Made by a program: the position numbers and the translations under genes
Source: an uncultured Alphaproteobacteria bacterium
GTDB taxonomy: Bacteria; Pseudomonadota; Alphaproteobacteria; Rhizobiales; Xanthobacteraceae
Length of the DNA: 64,000 nt
NCBI GenBank assembly: GCA_963765855.1
Contig: CAVXYQ010000003.1
Coordinates: 361,177-425,176, forward strand
Direction of reading: 5' to 3'
Part shown: positions 42,474 through 50,380 of the stretch, one piece after another
How the letters are laid out: every line of letters starts with the position of its first letter
How positions within the stretch are numbered: position 1 is the stretch's first letter
The notes under the pieces: model-generated
What the model saw: only the letters and a program-made list of their open reading frames with translations
Databases searched by the model: none
What the model was told of the DNA's origin: nothing

Positions 42474-42553
42474 GAAAGTAAGACTTTCGGAATATTAATT
42501 CATCGACAGAACAAGGTCAATCCGTTTCTTTCAAAACCTCAACATTTCGGAAT
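42474..42553. promoter_or_regulatory. Candidate res subsites upstream of the resolvase
   Basis: GAAAGT-AAG-ACTTTC palindrome and TTTCGGAAT repeated at 42485 and 42545. Confidence 0.4.
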
Positions 42554-42867
42554 GGTAGCGCGCGGGCGGAGCGAGAGCGCGCGGCTTCAAGGTTGCCCGC
42601 GAAGCCATCCTGCTTACGGCCATAGCTGTGATCGGCAACTGCCAACTTCGGATACAGGAACGGCAACAGCGCAATTGCTGCCCGCATCTGCTTCCCGGTG
42701 ATTGATGGGTCACCACGCACCGCACGCATTAGGACTTCCTTCGCGTCGGCTTCGAGCAACGCAGGCGATGCCTCCGCTTCCATCACCTCAACCGCAGGCC
42801 GATCCAACAGAGGCCTAAACCTAAACCGATGCCCCGGATCAGGGTCATCATCACCAACATTCGACAT
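42517..42867 (-). CDS. Hypothetical protein, tentative terminase-small-subunit-like
   Basis: MRAAIALLPFLYPKLAV resembles helical motifs of small phage packaging proteins (recalled); located downstream of rep/ori. Confidence 0.5.
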   Translation of the reverse strand: MSNVGDDDPDPGHRFRFRPLLDRPAVEVMEAEASPALLEADAKEVLMRAVRGDPSITGKQMRAAIALLPFLYPKLAVADHSYGRKQDGFAGNLEAARSRSARALPFRNVEVLKETD

Positions 42868-42872
42868 ATCTC

Positions 42873-43010
42873 GTTCCACCTTTTCCATTTACTTCCATCT
42901 GTTCCAGCTTTTCCATCAAAATAATAACTCTTCTCCTATGATTACCTATCACCGGAGGGTTGTTGGCCAGTGCCACTCAAAAGGTGGAATTCGGTGGAAA
43001 AGGTGGAACA
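42873..43010. other. Candidate replication origin: opposed iteron arrays around an AT-rich core
   Basis: TTCCA at 42874, 42883, 42893, 42902, 42911; AT-rich 42916-42950; GGTGGAA at 42983, 42993, 43002. Confidence 0.62.
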
Positions 43011-43016
43011 TCATGG

Positions 43017-44646
43017 TCAGTCCTCATCTTTCTTTTTCGGTTTGACCCGAATGCCGAGCCATACGCGTGGGCTAGAGCCGGTCTGTCGCCAGCCGGTGAC
43101 GTGACCGAAGCCATCGACACCCTTGAGCCGCTCGCCGAATTTCTTATCGCTCACGCTGCGGAGGACATCTTGGCGATCATTCCGAGCGCTCCAGCTTTCG
43201 AACAGCGTATAGGCTTTCGACTTCACCACCATTCCCGAGTGATCGACCTCGAAGGTTTCCAACACGAACGCGGTGAAGGGGTCACTCGCGGCGAGTAGGT
43301 CTAGCTCAAGCACCCGGCTGGCGCTGGGCTGGATGAAGCGGCCATTGCGGCAAAGATCGCCATATGCGCGAACACAGCGGACCGCGATGCCCGATAGCTC
43401 GGCTCGGAGCTTCGCCCGCAAGTCTGGGTCCTCACGGCCGTAGAAACTCACCGGGAAGTGCAGCTTGATGAACCGCGACGGAAGCACACCGCCCGGATCG
43501 TTGAGGTTGGGGACCTCATTGCTGATTAGCGTGAGCTTGATCCGAAGTTGGCCCTGCCACGGTCCCAGATACTTCCGGCCGATCGTGATGGTGTCCTCGC
43601 CGATGATATTCAGCAATAGCTCGGCGCTGGCGTGACTAATCCCGCCCGGATCATAGCTCTTGCCGAACGCGCGGCCCTTCGGCAATCGAACGTCCGGGAA
43701 CACGCCCACTCGCTTGCCGATCAATGATTGCTGGGAATTCTCGCCCCAATTCCAATTGGCGAAGCTAAGCCCGGCATAGCTTGCACCACCCACAAGATGC
43801 TCCATGACGTGAGCGATGGTGCCCTTGCCGCTACGCTTCTCACCGATGAACATCGCCCCTTTCTGGAAGCGAGTTTCATCGGTCATGCAACACCCCATCC
43901 ATTGTTCGACGAAATCGACACTCTCGACATCGCCCTTGAAAACGTCGAACAAGAATGCTTCCCACGTTGGGCATTCGGCGTCTGGGTCCCAATCAAACCC
44001 TAGCGCATTGTGGACCCAAAGGTCTGGCGTCAGCGGCCGAACTTCTTCGGTCAACATGTTCACCAATGCCATTCTGAAACACCACCCAATCCTTTGCGCT
44101 CTTGCGGGCTTCTAGCCAGATGGGCGGCTGGCATTCGAGCCCCAACGCCAGTTGGCTCTTGAGCGCATCAATCGTTTCGTTCACATGGCGCGGCGTCGGC
44201 TGAAACCGGATCAACTGTTCTCCCGACCGCTTTCGGGAGCCATCGAGGAAGCGGTAAACCTGTTGGCGCATCACTTCATGCGGGACCGCTTCATATACCC
44301 GGCCGCTCCAGCGATAGAATTGATCCTGCCAGAACCATAGTGTGCCCCGGCCATCAAGCATTGCGGTGGAGTGAATAAACTCGCTCGCGTTATCGTAAGG
44401 TGCGCCGGGATTAAGCACAGGGCTTGTGTCGATCGGCCGCGCCTTCGGTTCGGGCTTGGGCTCGGGGGGCGGCACCATAGGCTTAGGCGCTAGCTTGGCC
44501 TCCGCCTCCGCGCGTGCCTCGTTCCCGTAGCGCTTCCCCAGCCGATCCAGCGCTAGCTTCTGTTCCTCCAGCCCGGCTTCGCCAATCGCGTGCACAACCC
44601 GTTCAACATCCAACACCCACAATTTCGCCGTTGCGGTCTCATTCAT
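43017..44646 (-). CDS. P4/D5-family SF3 helicase (phage/plasmid primase C-terminal type), +1 frameshift near 44067
   Basis: D5_N-like WFWQDQFYRWSG...VFQNG.VN...LGFDWDPDAECPTWEAFL; Walker A GEKRSGKGT; LISNEVP; SRFIKLHF. Two ORFs join on removing one base. Confidence 0.87.
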
Positions 44647-45007
44647 CGTCGAAGGCTCCCCAGTGACCGAACCCAAACGGGTCAAGCTGGCGACGGTGCT
44701 CCCGATCGGCCCTGCGAAATTGCTGGTCCATTTCCCAATGCCGCTGAGCCGCAGCGATATCAATCCGAACTTCGCCCGGCCGCAGCGGCGGCAACACGGG
44801 TTCGGGCCGCCGCACCGCGATGTGGGTTCCGCCACGCCGCTGCGCGTTACGATCGGCGGGCGACACAATCACGTCGGCATCGCGGACCACTTCATTGTCG
44901 CGGACGACCACCTTGGGCTTTGGCGGCTTCGGCGGAGGTGGCTTCGGATCAGGACCCAAGATAGAATCCAATAGCGCCTCGACTTCGGCTTTGCGCTCTG
45001 GGGTCAT
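44639..45007 (-). CDS. Hypothetical protein (122 aa, Pro-rich)
   Basis: Stop overlaps the helicase start; start overlaps the upstream stop (ATGA). Confidence 0.7.
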   Translation of the reverse strand: MTPERKAEVEALLDSILGPDPKPPPPKPPKPKVVVRDNEVVRDADVIVSPADRNAQRRGGTHIAVRRPEPVLPPLRPGEVRIDIAAAQRHWEMDQQFRRADREHRRQLDPFGFGHWGAFDDE

Positions 45008-45363
45008 CGCTGCCTCCCCAGCTTGCGTTCAAGTTCCGCGCGGTCCTGTGCGGCCTGTGCGTCTAGCTGGGCTTCGACGTAGCGGTTCTTGCCGGACACC
45101 ATCGGCTGCCGGATCAACCCAGCCGTTCTGTGAGCGCGGCCCGACCTGGGCCGCCGAAGAGGACGCATTGGCCTGCGGAATGATGCCGCTGCGTTCGCGG
45201 GTGCGGCGGTTATCGCGGACGATCGATTGCATCAGGTCGTCGGGCACGGCGCGCCGCGCATCGCGCGTCCACGCTTGCCGTGGCGCGTCAACGCGCCGCT
45301 CAGCGGGCGGAGCGAAGCCATCGGAACCAGGGGCCGTTTCAATTCTTCATCATTCTTCGACAT
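45004..45363 (-). CDS. Hypothetical protein (about 119 aa) with two apparent single-base indels
   Basis: Reconstructed MSKNDEE-IETAPGSDGFAPP..AVPDDLMQSIVRDN..GWVDP-QPMVSGKNRYVEAQLDAQAAQDRAELERKLGRQR*; TGA overlaps the next ATG. Confidence 0.55.
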
Positions 45364-45683
45364 GATTAGTTTCCTTTCCACGGCCAACCCTCGGGCTGGT
45401 GATCGGTGAAGCCGAAGGGGTTGCGATTGTGATCCGGCCTTGTGAACGGTTCGACCAGCGCCCGGGCACCTTTCCTGCGGCAGAGCGATCGCGTTGCCGA
45501 GGGGTTCCTGTTTCATGGTGCCCTTCGCAAGGCCGATGCCATCCTGGTTCGCATGACCACGGCGTTGCCAACGCGGGACACGGCGCCCGGGTTGATTTTG
45601 TTGGCGCGTGGTGATCCGGTGTTCACTGGAGGCCGAACATTTTTATTCGAGGTGATTCCGCCGCCTGATTTAGCTTTTGTCAT
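45364..45683 (-). CDS. Gly/Lys-rich hypothetical protein, frameshifted; 3' end uncertain
   Basis: GGAG RBS then MTKAKSGGGITSNKNVRPPVNTGSPRANKINPGAVSRVGNAV, continuing in another frame as GHANQDGIGLAKGTMKQEPLGNAIAL...PGAGRTVHKAGSQSQ. Confidence 0.5.
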
Positions 45684-45922
45684 TGGATCGATCTCCTTTC
45701 ACTGTGGTTGGTAGTTGATTGGATTTTCATAAGCTGGATGGTCGCTTGCGCGCGAAAGCGGCGATCTGGGCAATGCGCGCTAACGCAAGCCAGCGTCGCT
45801 TCGATAATCGGCTCTGCGCCGGGGCAGTCGTATGCTTCAAGCGGTGCATCTTGATAAAATCGCCATTTGTCACCGCAGATGCACTCGGGCCAAAGCCCGC
45901 AACGGTCGGGTTCACGCTTCAT
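45680..45922 (-). CDS. Cys-rich hypothetical protein (80 aa)
   Basis: CGLWPECIC...CVSAHCPD; overlaps neighbours at both ends. Confidence 0.55.
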   Translation of the reverse strand: MKREPDRCGLWPECICGDKWRFYQDAPLEAYDCPGAEPIIEATLACVSAHCPDRRFRAQATIQLMKIQSTTNHSERRSIQ

Positions 45923-46283
45923 CGGTTTGCTCCCCCGCTTCGGGCTCAGGCCACTCGTTGTTAGCCGTGAGAAGATTGGGCAAGTCATCCACCCGAATGC
46001 CAAGGGGCGGTTCGGGGCCAGTGGGATCAGCCGCCCATGCGGGACCGACTAGCATCGATTGATCCAGCGGCGGGGCGGCGTGAGTGACTGCACCGAACCG
46101 CCCCCCGGCAGCATCGGCATCGGTGGCCGCCTTGGCGTTTGCCATCTCAAAGTAAGTCGTCGGCTCTGGCGCTTCCCGCAGCCGCTGCTCATTGCGGAGC
46201 ACCGCTCGCTTTTCGTCCATCGTGGCGTCGTTGTCGAAGGCGCGGCTAGCGTAGTCACTATGCTGCGTTCCGGTATCGGTCAT
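45912..46283 (-). CDS. Hypothetical protein (123 aa)
   Basis: GGAG RBS; acidic; WAADPTGPEPPLG motif. Confidence 0.7.
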   Translation of the reverse strand: MTDTGTQHSDYASRAFDNDATMDEKRAVLRNEQRLREAPEPTTYFEMANAKAATDADAAGGRFGAVTHAAPPLDQSMLVGPAWAADPTGPEPPLGIRVDDLPNLLTANNEWPEPEAGEQTDEA

Positions 46284-46298
46284 CTCGATTTCTCCTTG

Positions 46299-46523
46299 CT
46301 ATTTGAGGTTTGGAAAAAGTGCTTTAGCCGCGTTGATCGGTGCGGGTGCGGAGTTCGCGTTGGCCCGTTGAGCGAGCCCGTGAACCACTTCAATCACTGC
46401 GGGGTCATCGCCGAGGCCAGACGAATTCATCCGGGCTTTGAAATCGGCGACGATCTTTGGATCAAGCGATGCGTAAGCGCGGCCAACGGTTGCTAGGATT
46501 TCTTTGGCGCGGGGATGTTTCAT
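46299..46523 (-). CDS. 74-aa protein resembling the C-terminal end of podophage scaffolding proteins
   Basis: GGAG RBS; MNSSGLGDDPAVIEVV...AAKALFPNLK. The similarity is recalled, not searched. Confidence 0.6.
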   Translation of the reverse strand: MKHPRAKEILATVGRAYASLDPKIVADFKARMNSSGLGDDPAVIEVVHGLAQRANANSAPAPINAAKALFPNLK

Positions 46524-46540
46524 GGGGCGAGTCTCCTTTG

Positions 46541-46954
46541 CTATTGCGGTACCGACCACGTTCCGTCGGTGGGATTTGATCGAAGGGTGACAGTGGCGAA
46601 ATTGGTGGCGATTGAAATTGAGGGCACGCCGCTGATTGTCTCGCCCGGCTGTGCGTTGATAGTGATCGGGTTGGCTTGGGCATGCCCGCCTTCGTCAACG
46701 ATGGTTACGGGTACGATGGCGAGGGACGGCGGTACCCCGAGCACGCCCTTGGCCCGGGGCAGCGTCAGCACCACAGCGCCAGCAGCGACGTTGACCTTGA
46801 CCATCGCAACGCCGAACGGAAGCGCTAGGGCCATCGCTGCGGTTATGGAGAGCGACCCGCCAGCCACGTCCACCCACCCGATCGAAGGACCGAGATTGAC
46901 CCTTGTTGATTGGAGCGAGACGCCAGAGCGGTCCCAATCAATCGACGCTGGCAT
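46541..46954 (-). CDS. Beta-rich 137-aa protein, virion fibre/decoration-like
   Basis: VVLTLPRA..VTIVDEGGHAQANPITINAQPGETISG..SISIATNFATVTLRS; Val/Ile/Thr/Gly-rich alternating pattern. Confidence 0.68.
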   Translation of the reverse strand: MPASIDWDRSGVSLQSTRVNLGPSIGWVDVAGGSLSITAAMALALPFGVAMVKVNVAAGAVVLTLPRAKGVLGVPPSLAIVPVTIVDEGGHAQANPITINAQPGETISGVPSISIATNFATVTLRSNPTDGTWSVPQ

Positions 46955-47100
46955 TGTCGCTCTGCTCTGTTTGGCGATATCGCCTCACGGCTTCGCGCCG
47001 TTCGTTCGCGAACCAGGCATCCGAGCAAGTCCGGCAGCAAAAGCGCTGCTTCTCCTCACGCGGCAGCGAACGGTTCGCCGCATTGATTGCAATTCTTCAT
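46938..47100 (-). CDS. 53-aa zinc-finger protein, one apparent extra base (absent from the ORF track)
   Basis: AAGAGG RBS; MKNCNQCGEPFA-PREEKQRFCCRTCSDAWFANERREAV...*; the region is 163 nt, i.e. 162+1. Confidence 0.55.
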
Positions 47101-47200
47101 CGTGACACACCTCTTTTCATTCTGATCTAAGTCTTGAGTCACTGCTGGCAGAAGTAAACGCTCATGGCTTTCTTCGCGCGGCCTTCAATGCGTGGTGCCG

Positions 47201-47240
47201 AAAAGAAAAGGGCGCTGAAGCGGAATGCCCCAGCGCCCTT
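47201..47240 (-). terminator. Intrinsic terminator after the alpA-DUF3102 unit
   Basis: Minus strand AAGGGCGCTG..CAGCGCCCTT followed by TTCTTTT. Confidence 0.75.
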
Positions 47241-47262
47241 AATCGTCGAGTGTTGGTTGATG

Positions 47263-47695
47263 TTAGTTCGCGATCTTGCGCGGCTTCCCGTTTCTTCCGT
47301 TTATCGCCAAGAAACTTCAGCGCCTGCGCCTGAGAAAACGCAGAGCTCTTCGTTTTGCCGGAAAGGAAAGGAGCTAGAGCAGGTTCGTGCTTGGCAAGGT
47401 GCATGTAGTTTTGTGCGGTCCTGAGAGATAGGCCGCACTCCACCGGGACATAGTCTTGCCAGAGCACGTCCTTGTGGCTTTTCTTGAGATCAGCCTTCAG
47501 CGCGATTAGCTCTTTACCAGCCGCGATTGCTGCGCGGAGGCTATCGGTAAGAGCTTCCAAGCACTCTTGGTGCGCCCGACGAATGTTGGCGACCCGGTTC
47601 TCGACGGTCGATATCACAACGAGTTCGCCTTTTGATGTAGGGGCTGCGGCCTCCGACGCACCAATCGATAGGAGGCGCTTAACAAGCTCGCTCAT
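47263..47695 (-). CDS. DUF3102-like protein (as read it runs to 47162; probable true stop 47263)
   Basis: AIAAGKELIALK...WQDYV...GLSLRTAQNYMHLAK pattern; ATGA overlap with alpA. Removing one G gives a KRKKRKPRKIAN* stop just before the terminator. Confidence 0.68.
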
Positions 47696-47928
47696 TGCTC
47701 CGCCCTCCCGGCGATCATTGCCTGCAAAGCCGCCTCGCATTCACTGCGAAGCCATCGCGAGGTGTTAGGGCCGACCTTGATTGGGGCCGGGTAGCGTTTA
47801 GCGGCAATGCCGCGATAGATGGTTGAGGGGTCGAGGCCGCCGAAGAGACGGCAGACTTCCTTAAGGTCGAGTAGGTCAGTATTGTGTGAGGCCGCACGCG
47901 GCTCCTCACACTGCGGTTGCAGTGCCAT
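47692..47928 (-). CDS. alpA: AlpA family excisionase/transcriptional regulator (78 aa)
   Basis: [44 protein letters not shown]; GGAG RBS. Confidence 0.9.
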   Translation of the reverse strand: MALQPQCEEPRAASHNTDLLDLKEVCRLFGGLDPSTIYRGIAAKRYPAPIKVGPNTSRWLRSECEAALQAMIAGRAEQ

Positions 47929-48023
47929 CGGATCACTCCGTTGTTTGAGAAGCTGGCGGGCAGACCCTACCCTTTTCGGGATCGCTGGGCCTATCGGGGC
48001 GTCACCCCACCTTGTCAGTCCCC

Positions 48024-48025
48024 AC
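48024..48025. other. Abrupt junction between Bradyrhizobiaceae-like and Acidobacteria-like DNA
   Basis: The DUF1553 motif [13 protein letters not shown] (normally followed by ELLDWLA) stops at 48025 and abuts the alpA upstream region. Composition and indel density change here. Confidence 0.85.
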
Positions 48026-50262
48026 GGATGCGAGGCGGCTCGCCTTGCGCCCCAAAATCTTCGGCCGTCTTGACGATGCCCGTGCCAAACAATTCCTGCC
48101 AGAAGCGATTGACCGTGACCCGTGCCGTGAACGGGTTCGATGGGATCGACAATCCATTTCGCTAAACCCAGGCGATTCCGCGGCAGTGACTGCGCCATCG
48201 GCGGCAGCACTGCAGGCACTCCTGGATGCACCTCGTCGCGCATCTGATCGTACTGCCCTCGGTACAACACATGCGCCACCGGCTGCGTGTCAGTCCGTTC
48301 CTGCATCACAAACGTCACCGCACCCCGTCGCGCGATTTCGTCGCGCTCCGCATCCACCTGGTGCAACCGCGCCACCATCTTGCGGGCCCCGGGGTCTGCC
48401 AGATAGGTATACAGCTTCGCTCGCCCCCGCGCCGACCTTTCCGCTGCGTACAGCAGTTCCGCCTGTACTTCGTCGGCGTGGAAATTGAACATCTTGAATC
48501 CCGCAATCTGGGCGCCGGAAATTTCACCTTCGCGGGCGCCGCAATCGGATCCGCTAGAGGATTATTGTCGAGGCCGTCACCATACGTCGGAACAAAAGCC
48601 CGTTCACATACAGCGCTAGTCCTTTCCGGCTGCGGCTGCCGTCATAGGTGAACTGCAAGTGGCACCAAGTGTCTGCTTTCAACTCGTAGTCTGCCGCCGG
48701 CCGCGCCGTGAGGTATTTTCCGTTCGCTTCGAGAGTCAGTTCAGGAGCGCGACCACTCACACCTAACTGAGCCCCCATTAACGCTCAATGTCCAACCATG
48801 GCGCTTTCCGTCTTTGGGCGACTCTTTTTGACTCGCAATCGCAAATCCGCCCTTATCCTTTGGCACATAAACCCAAGCCTCAATCGTGAACGGTTTATCG
48901 ACTTCCGCCGGAACGCTAGGCAATTCCAGGGACGCGTCCTTCTCAAAATGCAAAGCTTTACTGAAGAGGGCTGGCCCATCCACCAGTGTTACGCCTTTTG
49001 GCATTCGACATCCATCTTCGACTCCGCCGTCACCGATTGAGCCGAGTAAACCTCAAACTTCCCGTCGCGCCGACGTTCGCCTGCTTCTCTCTTGGCAATC
49101 GCCGCACGTAGATTGGCTCGTTCCACACTCAAATCAGTCCAACGCTTCCAATCTTCTTGCCTCGGCACCACACGGTCGGCGGTGTGTCCGGAATGTTGCC
49201 ATCCAACGCCAATTGCGTTGTGTTGCGGAAGAACGCAGTCAGCGAATAGTATTCTTTCTGCGCAATCGGATCGAACTTGTGGTTGTGGCACGTCGCACAA
49301 CCCACCGTAAGCCCCAGCCAGACGATCCCAGTCGTGTCCGCGCGGTCTTTTGCGTACATTGCCTCCACTTCCGCGGAATCGAGCCGCCTTCGTTTGTGGT
49401 CACATTGCAGCGATGAAACCGGAGGCAATTTTCTGATTCAAGCGTCGCATTTGGCAGCAAATCGCCAGCCAATTGCTCAATAGTAAATTGGTCGAACGGC
49501 ATGTTGTTGTTGAACGCCCGAATGACCCACTCGCGATACGGCCACATTTCGCGGTAGTTATCGATATGTAGTCCTTGGCTATCGGCATAGCGCGCCGCAT
49601 CCAGCCAATAACGCGCCCGATGTTCGCCATAATGCGGCGAGGCCAACAAACGGTCGACTACTTTCTCATACGCTTTCGGCGATTGTCGTTGACGAACGCC
49701 TCCACTTCCTCCGGCGTTGGAGGTAGACCAGTCAAATCGAGCGTTACGCGTCCGAATGAGCGTCCGGCGATCGGGCTTCCGCATTCGGTTTGAGACCTTC
49801 AGCTTCCATCCGCGCCAACAGGAAGTGGTCAATCGGCGTCCGGACCCAGGCCGCGTCTTTCACGGCAGGCGGATTCTGCTTCACAGGCGGGATAAAAGAC
49901 CAATGCTCTTTCCACTGTGCTCCCTCTTCAATCCATTTACGAAGCGTATCCTTCTGTTCCGCCGTTAATGTCTTATGCGCCATGGCCGGCGGCATGCGAA
50001 AGAGGCGTCTTCCGAAAAAATCCGTTTGATAAGCAGACTCTCGTCAGGCTTGCCTGGAACAATCGGCGCGCCATTCTTGCGAGCCGCTAATGCCCCGTCT
50101 TTTATATCTAATTCGTAGATCGGCCATGCGGGTGCCTTTGTCGGGCCCATGGCAGAGAAAGCAGTTATCGGACAGGATTGGGCGAACTTGGCGCTGGAAA
50201 TCAACGCCGAGAGCCGCTGGGGCCGGGAGACATGCTGAACAGGCAAGATAAGCTCGGCGCAA
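48025..50262 (-). CDS. Planctomycete-type cytochrome c / DUF1549 / LamG / DUF1553 protein, many frameshifts, 3' truncated
   Basis: [86 protein letters not shown]. Confidence 0.86.
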
Positions 50263-50380
50263 TTTAATCGGCTCCTTGGGCAGAAATCAATTTCTTCTGA
50301 GTCTCAAAGTATCAGAACCGAAACCAGGAGAAAAATCCGGCCAAAACGCCACAAAAAAAGTTGACTTGTGCGTCGACTGC

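Larger units (their letters stand above)
40831..48024 (-). mobile_element. tRNA-Thr-integrated phage-satellite-like (PICI-like) element, truncated on the right
   Basis: GC drops right after the tRNA; alpA, SF3/D5 helicase, iteron origin, serine resolvase and small coupled ORFs; no capsid/portal/tail module; integrase end cut by the junction. Confidence 0.8.

Noticed and set aside
47692-48492. 266-aa ORF apparently fusing a DUF1553 fragment to AlpA
   Set aside because: It reads through the chimeric junction at 48024/48025, and AlpA has its own RBS and ATG at 47928.
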